A DNA stretch of 64,000 nucleotides. It comes from an uncultured Gammaproteobacteria bacterium. Its GTDB lineage: Bacteria; Pseudomonadota; Gammaproteobacteria; Competibacterales; Competibacteraceae. The position numbers and the translations under genes are program-made. This document shows positions 19,139-27,352 of the stretch, one piece after another (position 1 is the first letter of the stretch; each line of letters begins with the position of its first letter). The notes beneath the pieces were generated by a model. It worked only from the letters and a program-made list of their open reading frames with translations, did not search any database and was not told the origin of the DNA. The stretch lies in NCBI GenBank assembly GCA_963715845.1, contig CAVQSJ010000036.1:47710-111709 (forward strand), in the 5' to 3' direction.

Positions 19139-19570
19139 ATGTTCACGACGGCAAAAGATGATGGCTTGATTCCTTATGTTCTGACGCAGATTCTGGATGC
19201 CTGCGTCAATGGCATCACTCTGTCCGATCCGGATTTACCCGACAATCCCATCGTATACGCCAACAAGGTTTTCGAGGAAATATCCGGCTATTCACAGGAC
19301 GAGATCGTGGGCCGCAACTGCCGGTTTCTCCAGGGAGACGACCGCGAGCAGGAGGCGTTAGTGACGATCCGCGCGGCGCTGGCGAAAAAGGAAGCATGCG
19401 TGGTGACCTTGCGGAACTATCGTAAGAACGGCGAGTTGTTCTTCAATCGTCTGTCGATTCGCCCGCTGGTGGATCGCGAGGGCAACGTCATTTACTACCT
19501 GGGCGTGCAATACGACATTACCGATCAGGTCAGGGCCAGGGGGGAAATCGATCAGCTCAGCTTTGGGTAG
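19139..19570 (+). CDS. short LOV-domain (PAS) blue-light sensor protein
   Basis: The hallmark GRNCRFLQG motif with the flavin-adduct cysteine; about 143 aa with no effector domain; GGGAGG RBS 5 nt upstream of the ATG. Confidence 0.8.
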   Translation: MFTTAKDDGLIPYVLTQILDACVNGITLSDPDLPDNPIVYANKVFEEISGYSQDEIVGRNCRFLQGDDREQEALVTIRAALAKKEACVVTLRNYRKNGELFFNRLSIRPLVDREGNVIYYLGVQYDITDQVRARGEIDQLSFG

Positions 19571-20055
19571 CATGTGCCAGAGAGCCGGGATGGTTCTGTT
19601 TTCGGTGCCGCCCATCATCGCGCTGACCGCCATCGCCTGAAGGAAAGACGAGCGGCGGAGCCTGGAGCCGGCCGTAACGGCCACCTGACCAAGCCCGCCC
19701 GCAAGGGGATGATAGTGACCGTCGCCGCGCTGGAGGCGAAGCGCAAGGCGTTGGTTTCGAACACGAAGTACACCGCTATCCCAACCCTGGCTCGTTCAAC
19801 CGAGCGACGTTGCTGACCCGCCGATTGGTTTAGCTGCAATGCAGCGTACTTTCTGCTAGCGCAACCAGGAGCATGTAATTTGCCCTGGGTTGATGCCCGG
19901 CGGCGAGCCGGCGTTACCCCGTCGGGGCGATCAGGTCAGGGAGTAGCTTCTACAAAAGCGAATACGGGAGGAGAACCGATCATGCAACAAACGGAAAGTG
20001 AAAGACGGCGGTAAAAGCGGGCAACATTGTGAAGTAAATCGCGGCGGTTTAGACC

Positions 20056-21045
20056 ATGGCCGACTTTGATAGCGGCTACAAGCTGCTGTTTTCGCACCCA
20101 GAACTGGTGGCGGATTTGCTGCGCGGTTTCGTGCCGGAGCCGTGGGTGGCGGAGGTGGATTTCGCCACGCTGACGCCGGTCAAAGGCAGTTATGTCAGCG
20201 ACAGCCTGCGCCAGCGGCACGACGACGTGGTGTGGAAGGTTCGGCTGCGGGAGCAGTGGCTGTATGTCTATGTGGTCATCGAGTTTCAGTCGGAGCCGGA
20301 CCCGTTCATGGCGCTGCGGTTGCTGGTGTATGTGGGACTGCTGTATCAGGATTTGCTGCGGCGAGATGAATTGCCAGCGGACGGGCGGTTGCCGCCGGTG
20401 CTGCCGCTGGTGTTGTACAACGGCACACCGCCGTGGACGGGGGCCGTGGAGTTTGGAGAGTTGCTGACACCGGTGCCGCCGGGGCTGGAGCGTTATCAGC
20501 CACGTTTCCGGTATCTGTTGCTGGACGAAGAACGCTATCCGCCAATGGCGCTGGCGGGGATGGAGAATCTGGCGGCGGCGTTGTTCCGACTGGATCGGAG
20601 CCGCGGCTACGACGAGTTGCAGGCGGTGGTGGATGATCTGTTGGCGTGGCTGGCGACGCCCGAGCAACGATCCTTGCGGCGGGCGTTCGGCATCTGGCTG
20701 CGGCGGGTTTTTCTCCGACGACGACTGCCGGGCGTCGTTATCCCGGAGATTGATGACTTGCGCGAGGTGAAGGCGATGTTGGCGGAACGGTGGGAACAGT
20801 GGACGCGGGAATGGGAGCAGCGCGGTTTGCAGCAGGGTTTGCAGCAGGGACTCCAGCAGGGACTCCAGCAGGGACTCCAGCAGGGAGAAGCACGATTGCT
20901 GCTCAAACTATTGCGACAACGTTTTGGCGAGCTACCCCCTTGGGTGATGGAACGCTTGGCAGCGGCGGAGACCGCCCAGTTGGAAGCCTGGGTGGAGGAG
21001 ATTTTCAACGCGGCGAGCCTGGAGGAATTAATGGGGCGGGAATGA
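20056..21045 (+). CDS. Rpn-family recombination-promoting nuclease / putative transposase (PD-(D/E)XK, C-terminal DUF4351)
   Basis: N-terminus DSGYKLLFSHPELVADLLRGF (Transposase_31/YhgA-like), C-terminus RFGELPPWVMERLAAAETAQLEAWVEEIF, with a (GLQQ)n linker. Confidence 0.8.
   Translation: MADFDSGYKLLFSHPELVADLLRGFVPEPWVAEVDFATLTPVKGSYVSDSLRQRHDDVVWKVRLREQWLYVYVVIEFQSEPDPFMALRLLVYVGLLYQDLLRRDELPADGRLPPVLPLVLYNGTPPWTGAVEFGELLTPVPPGLERYQPRFRYLLLDEERYPPMALAGMENLAAALFRLDRSRGYDELQAVVDDLLAWLATPEQRSLRRAFGIWLRRVFLRRRLPGVVIPEIDDLREVKAMLAERWEQWTREWEQRGLQQGLQQGLQQGLQQGLQQGEARLLLKLLRQRFGELPPWVMERLAAAETAQLEAWVEEIFNAASLEELMGRE
20821..20882 (+). repeat. in-frame 12-nt tandem repeat encoding (GLQQ)x5 in the Rpn linker
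   Basis: ggtttgcagcag ggtttgcagcag ggactccagcag x3, seen directly. Confidence 0.8.
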
Positions 21046-21658
21046 CGTCCGGTTTCCTTAAACTGCCGGCGTATCTGAAGCTGTGAACGCTGGCTCGGTC
21101 GGAAATCAGTCACTTGCCTGAATTGAAAAAATTTGATTCCCGACCAATATGCTTGGTTGCATTGCATCATGGTTTCTGCTATAGGAAAATAACATTAGGA
21201 TTGAAACATAAAAACCAAACCTGCCGCGAGACAGGGGCAGAAAGTCACGGGTCTCGAACACAGACAGCCGGACTGCCGAGGATGACCAGCGTGAAGGTCG
21301 TACGAGGTAGTGCGGCTTTTTTGTTGTTGGATGAAGAAGAGTCTTTTCGATGAGACTGGCTGGGGATACTGCGATTCGGCTTTAGATGAGACTCCTAAGT
21401 GTCGCTGGCCGTCACTCCATTTGCTCTTCCCGGCTAGCGTGCTGCATAACTAAACCGTCGGAGTGTTATGCGGAAACCATATAATTATTTGTTAGGGCGG
21501 GTGGATTTTTCTCTCCATCCCGACCAACTGTCTGGGGTGGTAAGAACCGGCGCGTGGGGTGCGATAAGAGCGCCCGGCCGGTAGCAACGTGAACCCGCTG
21601 TGCGCTGTTTCAAGGCAGGGCGGCAGTTCGGAAACAGTGGTTTCTTGAAACCGCGTCA

Positions 21659-21719
21659 GCCCTAACTGAACGCTCCAGCCGACCGTGCTACGCCGGCGGC
21701 TGAGCTTAGATCGTTAGGC
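21659..21719 (+). repeat. attC site 0 (R'' GCCCTAAC ... R' GTTAGGC)
   Basis: Imperfect inverted repeat ctaactgaacgctccagccg / cggctgagcttagatcgttaggc. The cassette boundary G|TTAGGC falls at 21713/21714. Confidence 0.6.
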
Positions 21720-21843
21720 GACAGACCTGAACATCGCTAAGATAGACTTTGGACACGTTGCTGAAAGCCCCGCAGATCGGGTTCGAAATAAGGTTAGAAC
21801 GAGAGTACTAATCGCTGGTAAATTCAACGAAGGAGAATTGACA

Positions 21844-23055
21844 ATGAACATAAAAATCACTGCTACCGCCTCCGGAAGCCTCACTCCCCCGACGGCACCA
21901 CCGACTGACACTGTTACAAACGGAGATTTTCTGATCGGACCAAATCCTGGAGGCGCGATAACGGGTGATGGCCAAGATGAGGAGACAAGCTGGACATTCA
22001 AGTTTGCTGGTGACCCGAATTTTCCGCTTTTTTCACCTTCGCGGTCGTTGACATCCGCGCTTCTCACTTTGACTCTGACACCAAAAGACGGTTTGATCAC
22101 TACCGACGGCGTTTTGATAGAAGGGCTGGGAATCATTGGTGGTTCTACTCCTAATGCTCCAGAGATCCATGGCCTCCCCGTCGGTGTCACTAACACCATC
22201 CACATGCAGTTGCTCAACAGATTGCCTGGATACAGTTCTACTGCCATCCTTGGGGTCTTCAGCGCGGGGGGTGGCCAAATCCCAATGCGCTATGCCGACG
22301 ACTCTATCGTCTCTTCGGCCAAGCTCGAGCTGATTCAAGAATCCCCGGCTTTACAGTACGCAGCGAAATTCGTTTGCGGAAAATCGGCTGGTGAGGTTGT
22401 GGCGCCCGGAGTCTATTTCACCGCAGTTAACGTACACAATCCGACCTACACAGCGATCCGCTTTCGCATAAAGATCGCGGTCGCGTTGCCAGGGCTGAAG
22501 CCCGGCCCTGTGTCCAAGTTCTTTGATGCTAAACTCGGCCCGGATCAAGCGCTGGAAATCGACTGCCCGGACATCTTTAAGTACGCTGAAACTGAGGCCG
22601 ATTTCCTGAAGGGATTTGTCGTTATCGAGAGCGACGTCGAACTTGACGTGGTCGTCGTGTATACGGCGGCCGGCAGGGACGGACAGGTCGAAACGCTGCA
22701 CACTGAACGCGTCTCTCCACGACGCCTTGAACTTGGGCTGCCGGATTTGATCCCCGTTCCCGATGAAAATGGTTCCTTTTGCAAACGGAAAGATTTAACG
22801 TTAACGGTCACCGTCAAAAATCAAGGAACCGGCGGGGCAGGACCCTCAGTTACAGAGGTCGATTTCTTTGCTTTTGGTAAGGTTTCCATGCCAACGCCGC
22901 CATTGGGCCCAGGCGCGTCAGTGGATCTCCTCTTCCCAATACGACCTGGCTGCTTTAACCCAGATTGTGAGTTTCAAATTACCGTCGATGCCAACAACCA
23001 GGTAAATGAATCCAATGAAGGAAACAATATCGCCAAGGGTATATGCTTAGGCTAG
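21844..23055 (+). CDS. cassette 1: large hypothetical protein with a C-terminal CARDB (cell-adhesion-related) domain
   Basis: The C-terminus DLIPVPDENG...TLTVTVKNQGTGGAGPSVTEVDFF...VDANNQVNESNEGNNIA matches the CARDB consensus (...E.nE.NN). The N-terminal ~300 aa have no recognisable family. GAAGGAG RBS. No obvious signal peptide. Confidence 0.7.
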   Translation: MNIKITATASGSLTPPTAPPTDTVTNGDFLIGPNPGGAITGDGQDEETSWTFKFAGDPNFPLFSPSRSLTSALLTLTLTPKDGLITTDGVLIEGLGIIGGSTPNAPEIHGLPVGVTNTIHMQLLNRLPGYSSTAILGVFSAGGGQIPMRYADDSIVSSAKLELIQESPALQYAAKFVCGKSAGEVVAPGVYFTAVNVHNPTYTAIRFRIKIAVALPGLKPGPVSKFFDAKLGPDQALEIDCPDIFKYAETEADFLKGFVVIESDVELDVVVVYTAAGRDGQVETLHTERVSPRRLELGLPDLIPVPDENGSFCKRKDLTLTVTVKNQGTGGAGPSVTEVDFFAFGKVSMPTPPLGPGASVDLLFPIRPGCFNPDCEFQITVDANNQVNESNEGNNIAKGICLG

Positions 23056-23075
23056 CACGAATTCCGTGTAAACTT

Positions 23076-23142
23076 GCCTCTAACAAGTCATTTGAGCGGA
23101 CGCGGCAAAATCACGCCGTGCCGCTCAATTCAAGCGTTAGGC
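23076..23142 (+). repeat. attC site 1 (R'' GCCTCTAAC ... R' GTTAGGC)
   Basis: Internal pairing of gagcggacgcgg with ccgtgccgctc; lies 21 nt after the stop of the CARDB ORF. Confidence 0.65.
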
Positions 23143-23191
23143 GTTGAGTCGCACGGCGTACGCCATCACTGAACTGGGAGGAATCTCGATA

Positions 23192-23695
23192 ATGTTGGCA
23201 GACGATTTTATCTTCGACGACTTCAAGTTGGCGCTCGACTACCTCAAGGGGCAGTTTAGCCGCTTGTGGCAGCGATTTAACTTCTTCCTGACCGTCCAGA
23301 TGGCCCTATTTGGCTTTTTCGGTTGGTTGGCTTTCGAAAAGGATAATCTCCCGGCTACACGCCTAGTATGCATGTTAGGAGTTTTTATCTCCGCCCTGTG
23401 GTATATCGTCGCTGCGCAGGATCGAGCCCTTGTCGAAATCTATCGAGAACGGCTGGAGAAAACGGCGAAGAAACTCGCCCAGATTACCTCACTCAACAGT
23501 CCTGATTACGGCACTGACTTTGTCGGTATCGAGGCGCCCTCGCAGTTTCGAACTTGGTGCGTTGTTTGGTATTGTCGACCCCTTAGTATTACCATCCTAC
23601 CGGTTTGGCTTGCCCTGCTGCATCTGTTAGTTTGGATGGCCCTTCTGGCTGTAGGTACCGATTGGTTGGAGGCTATTAGCCGAAAACCTACTTAG
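23192..23695 (+). CDS. cassette 2a: hypothetical multi-pass membrane protein
   Basis: GGGAGG RBS followed by an ATG; 3-4 hydrophobic helices (FFLTVQMALFGFFGWLAF..., VCMLGVFISALWYIVAA..., ILPVWLALLHLLVWMALLAV). Confidence 0.55.
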   Translation: MLADDFIFDDFKLALDYLKGQFSRLWQRFNFFLTVQMALFGFFGWLAFEKDNLPATRLVCMLGVFISALWYIVAAQDRALVEIYRERLEKTAKKLAQITSLNSPDYGTDFVGIEAPSQFRTWCVVWYCRPLSITILPVWLALLHLLVWMALLAVGTDWLEAISRKPT

Positions 23696-23762
23696 CCGAT
23701 TAGTCGAGTGACGCATCTCTAGACAAGCGTCGCACACTTCAATACGATTAGGAGGAGATAAA

Positions 23763-24137
23763 ATGAGTGCTGAATCCGGGTTGATCGAGTTGGTTCGTCA
23801 ACTTATCGAGGCAGAGAACGAGCATGACAGGGAGAAAGCCGAGCCCATCTTGGCAGAGGACTTCACTGCGATTACTAGAGCAAGGGGCGAAGAGCAGAAC
23901 CGAGACGCTCTACTAGAGGAAATCGCCAATCCTAAAAACCCAAACCTCCTCCGCAAGCTCGACCCTGGGGCTTGGGAGCGGGAATCTGGGGACCTTGGTG
24001 TGGTGAGAAGTTTCATCACGATGATGGACCGAACAAATCCCCAAGCCGAGCCTGGAAGGTTTCGGAACATCCACGTGTTTCAGAGGCAACAGGGGCGATG
24101 GCTGTGTGTGACCTGGCAAGTGACTGGCCTGAAATAG
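23763..24137 (+). CDS. cassette 2b: SnoaL-like / DUF4440 (NTF2-fold) protein
   Basis: AGGAGG RBS; ~124 aa with the acidic N-terminal helix pattern LVRQLIEAENEHD...FTAI typical of DUF4440. Confidence 0.55.
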   Translation: MSAESGLIELVRQLIEAENEHDREKAEPILAEDFTAITRARGEEQNRDALLEEIANPKNPNLLRKLDPGAWERESGDLGVVRSFITMMDRTNPQAEPGRFRNIHVFQRQQGRWLCVTWQVTGLK

Positions 24138-24178
24138 GCCTGCACGTGCTGGTTCATATCGATGTCGATTCACTCCCA

Positions 24179-24242
24179 GCCTAACTTGGCACTGCACCGG
24201 ACCGCTCCCTTCGGTCGCGGCCGGTGAGTTTCGCCGTTGGGC
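24179..24242 (+). repeat. attC site 3 (R'' GCCTAAC ... R' GTTGGGC)
   Basis: agcctaacttggcactgcaccggaccgctcccttcggtcgcggccggtgagtttcgccgttgggc. It shares its architecture with the site at 26681 (ctgcaccggac...ccggtgag). Confidence 0.65.
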
Positions 24243-24326
24243 ACCATGGGTGACCTGAGAGCCGCGGCTGAAATGCCATTCGTCTCGCTGCAACCATCCT
24301 AGGATGGGATGACAAAGGAGGTGGTC

Positions 24327-24593
24327 ATGCGCACTGTAGTCATCATTGTTTTGGGTTTTGTCCTGTGGGGAGGTTGCCTGGGAGTTGCAAAGCTATTGGC
24401 CAGTTCGAGTAGTTCAGCAATGACAACGGCGACCCTAGCGTTTCTCGGGTTCTGGTTCGTCGCAGCAGCGGCCAACATGTGGATTGGTGTATCGCAAGCC
24501 GGGTACTCGTTTCTGGAAGAACTGCCAATCTTTTTGTTGATCTTCTTGCTGCCCTCTGCGGTGGCAGTATTTGTCAAGTGGAAGTTCCTCTAA
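24327..24593 (+). CDS. cassette 3a: small two-TM membrane protein
   Basis: AAGGAGG RBS 5 nt upstream of the ATG at 24327 (an alternative ATG lies at 24309); hydrophobic segments VVIIVLGFVLWGG and IFLLIFLLPSAVAVFV. Confidence 0.5.
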   Translation: MRTVVIIVLGFVLWGGCLGVAKLLASSSSSAMTTATLAFLGFWFVAAAANMWIGVSQAGYSFLEELPIFLLIFLLPSAVAVFVKWKFL

Positions 24594-24637
24594 GCGCGAC
24601 TACTCACTCGCGCCACAACTCGTGAAGGAGAAGCGTC

Positions 24638-25393
24638 ATGAGCAAGCACACACTGAAAGGGAAAGTTGCCGTCATCGGTGGCGGCGCCAAGAATCTGGGC
24701 GGCCTCCTCAGTCGCGAGTTCGCCAAAGGCGGTGCCAAGGTCGTTGTGCACTACCACAGCAACACCACCCGTCCGGACGCGGATGCCACAGTCAACGCCA
24801 TCAAGGATCTCGGCGGTGATGCGTATGCTACCCAGGGCGATTTGACCAAGCCCGCCAACGTCACCGCTTTGTTCAAATCCGCCAAGGATCGCTTCGGTGG
24901 CATCGACATCGCCGTCAACACTGTCGGTATGGTATTGCGTAAGCCGATCGTGGAGACTACCGAGGAAGAGTTCGACACGATGTTTGATGTCAACGCCAAG
25001 TCGGCGTACTTCTTCATCAAGGAAGCCGGCATCCATCTGAACGACGGCGGCAAGATCATCACCATCGTGACATCGCTACTGGCAGCATTCACGGACGGTT
25101 ACTCGACGTACGCTGGTGGCAAGGCTCCGGTGGAGCATTTCACGCGTGCTGCGGCAAAAGAGTTCGCCTCGCGCGGTATCTCGGTCACCTGCATTGGGCC
25201 GGGTCCGATGGACACGCCGTTCTTCTACGGACAGGAAACACCCGAGCGTGTGGCCTATCACAAGTCTCAGGGCATGGGCGGCCAACTGACCCAAATCGAA
25301 GACATCGTGCCTATCGTACGATTCCTAGCCACCGAGGGCTGGTGGATCACCGGACAGACCATATTCGCCAACGGCGGATACACAACACGATAG
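24638..25393 (+). CDS. cassette 3b: SDR-family short-chain dehydrogenase/reductase
   Basis: GKVAVIGGGAKNLGG (Rossmann fold), NTVG, and the catalytic S...YxxxK motif (YSTYAGGKAPVEHFTRAAAKE). Confidence 0.85.
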   Translation: MSKHTLKGKVAVIGGGAKNLGGLLSREFAKGGAKVVVHYHSNTTRPDADATVNAIKDLGGDAYATQGDLTKPANVTALFKSAKDRFGGIDIAVNTVGMVLRKPIVETTEEEFDTMFDVNAKSAYFFIKEAGIHLNDGGKIITIVTSLLAAFTDGYSTYAGGKAPVEHFTRAAAKEFASRGISVTCIGPGPMDTPFFYGQETPERVAYHKSQGMGGQLTQIEDIVPIVRFLATEGWWITGQTIFANGGYTTR

Positions 25394-25403
25394 CGATGAT
25401 GGT

Positions 25404-25461
25404 GCCCAACAAAAGCATGCAGCCGACGCGCTACGCGCGCGGCTGATGCTAATCGTTAGGC
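25404..25461 (+). repeat. attC site 4 (R'' GCCCAAC ... R' GTTAGGC)
   Basis: Pairing of gcagccgacgcgc with gcgcgcggctg; lies 11 nt after the SDR gene stop. Confidence 0.7.
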
Positions 25462-25503
25462 GTCACAGAAACGACGGTTCATCTACCACCTGAAAGGAAT
25501 GCC

Positions 25504-25914
25504 ATGGCCACGCTGCCAAGTCGCTCCAAAGAAAATCCGTGGAAGCTGAAGACGCCGCCGGGCACTTCTGAGTACACGATGCATACCGACGAGAAGGACG
25601 GCAAGAAGATCCTCGTCTGCACGGTGGGCAGCACAGTGCTGCACTACGACGCGCGGTGCATTAACGACCTGCACGCCATGCTCAAGAAGGCAGGCGACTG
25701 GGTGGAACTTGGCGGAGCCGATGAACAGAAGCCAGCCAAAGAAGGAACGGTAGAGGCCTGGGGGCGTTCTGAAGCGAACCCGGTCGGTGGCTGGTACGGC
25801 CTGAAGAAGGGCCTGCGCGGCCGCTTCGGAGTGTATGTACCTCCGCTCATGGAGGAGCTCGGGCTATGTGAGCTTGAGCACAACGCCAAGAACAATAGAA
25901 TGCGCGCCAAGTGA
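25504..25914 (+). CDS. cassette 4: hypothetical protein (136 aa)
   Basis: GAAAGGAA RBS-like sequence; single ORF between attC sites 4 and 5; no family recognised from sequence alone. Confidence 0.5.
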   Translation: MATLPSRSKENPWKLKTPPGTSEYTMHTDEKDGKKILVCTVGSTVLHYDARCINDLHAMLKKAGDWVELGGADEQKPAKEGTVEAWGRSEANPVGGWYGLKKGLRGRFGVYVPPLMEELGLCELEHNAKNNRMRAK

Positions 25915-25929
25915 GCGAAGTGACGCCGG

Positions 25930-26001
25930 ACATCGGCTTGCAGCGGCGCCGAAAACAGCGGTGTTGCCGCTGTTTCATCCCGCTGAAGCCGGGCGTTAGC
26001 C
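25930..26001 (+). repeat. attC site 5 (R' GTTAGCC; a strong central hairpin aacagcgg/ccgctgtt)
   Basis: Pairing of cggcttgcagcgg with ccgctgaagccg. The R' core deviates by one base from GTTRRRY. Confidence 0.55.
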
Positions 26002-26020
26002 GACAAAAGAGGAGTCACAC

Positions 26021-26437
26021 ATGATCGAACCAAAAAGCTCATTTCCCGTATTTACCGTTAAGAATCTCGATGCAGCGAAATCCTTCTACACAGAGAACCT
26101 TGGCTTTGATGTTGTCTTTTCGGGTGATTGGTATATTCACTTGGTTTCGAAGTCGGGCGTTCAGATTGGTTTTCTGTTGCCAGACCAACCCACCCAACCA
26201 CCAATATTCCAAAAACCATACTTTGGCGAAGGCGTTATTTTCAGCTTGGAAGTGGAAGACGCAGACACCGCTTTCGCAGTAGTAAAATCGAAATCACTTA
26301 ATATCGTGCTTGAATTACGGTCCGAGGATTGGGGGCAGCGGCACTTCTGTATCCAAGACCCGAACGGGATATATTTGGACATTGTTCAGTCTTTTGAGCC
26401 AACCGAAGAATATCAGAGTGATTATGTCTCGGAATAA
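26021..26437 (+). CDS. cassette 5a: VOC / glyoxalase-bleomycin-resistance family protein
   Basis: GAGGAG RBS; FTVKNLDAAKSFYTENLGFDV...HFCIQDPNGIYLDIV shows the characteristic VOC beta-alpha-beta-beta-beta repeats. Confidence 0.75.
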   Translation: MIEPKSSFPVFTVKNLDAAKSFYTENLGFDVVFSGDWYIHLVSKSGVQIGFLLPDQPTQPPIFQKPYFGEGVIFSLEVEDADTAFAVVKSKSLNIVLELRSEDWGQRHFCIQDPNGIYLDIVQSFEPTEEYQSDYVSE

Positions 26438-26482
26438 AAACCTCACAGACCTCAAAATATCGGCAAGAAAATTGCCGGTCGG

Positions 26483-26686
26483 TTGAATGAAGTCGGGATC
26501 TTTTCCGAAGACGATTTAAGGCTCGTTGGTGCTGTTGGCGCACATCGCATGATCAAGGAGAGGCATCCGGATGAGACATTGCCGGTCTGTTACTACCTGT
26601 ATTCATTTGAAGGGGCTTTGACTGACAAGCATTGGGATGAAATCGGTGAGCATAGAAAACAGCAGCTTAAGGCACAAATCGGCTAA
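26483..26686 (+). CDS. cassette 5b: TfoX C-terminal-domain protein, probably 5'-truncated by a frameshift
   Basis: An ATG at 26424 opens a frame that terminates after 20 codons, while the TfoX_C homology (NIGKKIAGRLNEVGIFSEDDLRLVGAVGAHRMIKE) continues in the +1 frame. A one-base deficit in the aaaa run at ~26452 would explain this. Confidence 0.5.
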   Translation: MNEVGIFSEDDLRLVGAVGAHRMIKERHPDETLPVCYYLYSFEGALTDKHWDEIGEHRKQQLKAQIG

Positions 26687-26752
26687 CAAGGCGCTGCACC
26701 GGACGGCAATTCCGCTGCGCTTCATTGCCGCCGGTGAGCTTTGACGTTAGGC
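26681..26752 (+). repeat. attC site 6 (R'' GGCTAAC containing the TfoX_C stop codon ... R' GTTAGGC)
   Basis: ggcTAAcaaggcgctgcaccggacggcaattccgctgcgcttcattgccgccggtgagctttgacgttaggc. The next ORF's ATG lies 4 nt after the site. Confidence 0.7.
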
Positions 26753-26755
26753 CCC

Positions 26756-27214
26756 ATGAATCATCATCCAGGTGGGCGTCCGCGAAGTCGTCGGGTCTTG
26801 CTCGCTGCCGCGCTCTACTTCGGCATCGTGTTCGGGGTCGGCGTCTTGCTCGGCGCCGTGCGCGCGCCCTTGCTTGTCCCACGCCTCGGCGAGCGCGTTG
26901 CCGAACTCGCGGAGATGCCGCTCATGTTCGTCGCCATCTTCCTGGCCGCCGGCCACGTCGTCAGAAAATACGGCGCCTCAGTGGCGCCGCTGGGCTGGGT
27001 GCGGGTCGGCGCCCTATCCCTGGCGTTCCTCGTGGCCGCCGAGCTGCTTCTGGCGGTTGCGCTGGCGGGTCGCGGCATCGGCGAGTACATCGCCGGTCGA
27101 GACCCGGTCTCTGGCTCGGTGTACCTTGCCATGCTGGTGGTGTTCGCGGCGATGCCGTGGTTGCGGCGTAGGCTGGGCTCCGGCCTTTCGGGCGGGCAGT
27201 CACACGGGGCCTAA
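26756..27214 (+). CDS. cassette 6: hypothetical membrane protein (about 4 TM segments)
   Basis: The ATG lies 4 nt after attC 6; segments LLAAALYFGIVFGVGVLLGAV, MFVAIFLAAGHVV, LSLAFLVAAELLLAVALAG, LAMLVVFAAMPWL. Confidence 0.55.
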   Translation: MNHHPGGRPRSRRVLLAAALYFGIVFGVGVLLGAVRAPLLVPRLGERVAELAEMPLMFVAIFLAAGHVVRKYGASVAPLGWVRVGALSLAFLVAAELLLAVALAGRGIGEYIAGRDPVSGSVYLAMLVVFAAMPWLRRRLGSGLSGGQSHGA

Positions 27215-27340
27215 CGATCGTGTCGTTGGAACGTCACCCCGGACGATGAAAGTCCGTACTTTCATGGCAACCCCTCGCTCGAACGGACCTGCAACGGCAT
27301 GCCGCTGCGGTCCGCCTCGCTCGCACGCTCGGCGTTCAAA
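27209..27340 (+). repeat. possible long degenerate attC site 7 (R'' GCCTAAC with an embedded stop codon; R' degraded to GTTCAAA)
   Basis: The R'' core is canonical and there are internal hairpins (atgaaagtccgtactttcat; cggcatgccg), but the R' core is non-canonical, so the boundary is uncertain. Confidence 0.35.
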
Positions 27341-27352
27341 CAGGAAAGGCCT

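Noticed and set aside
19800-20055. possible additional attC site upstream of the Rpn gene (ggcgttacc, gctgcaatgcagc palindrome)
   Set aside because: The core is GTTACCC (not GTTRRRY) and no matching R'' core is present, so the evidence is too weak to extend the array leftwards.
21050-21656. integron integrase or attI in the 600-bp non-coding stretch left of the first attC site
   Set aside because: No tyrosine-recombinase ORF is present in any frame. Only a short hairpin (gcataac...gttatgc) and a GTTAGGG motif are seen. The array is therefore called integrase-less within this window.
23696-23762. possible attC site between the membrane-protein and SnoaL-like ORFs
   Set aside because: It contains an inverted repeat (gagtgacgc / gcgtcgcac) flanked by direct GATTAG motifs, but no R''/R' inverted cores. 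The two ORFs are treated as one cassette.
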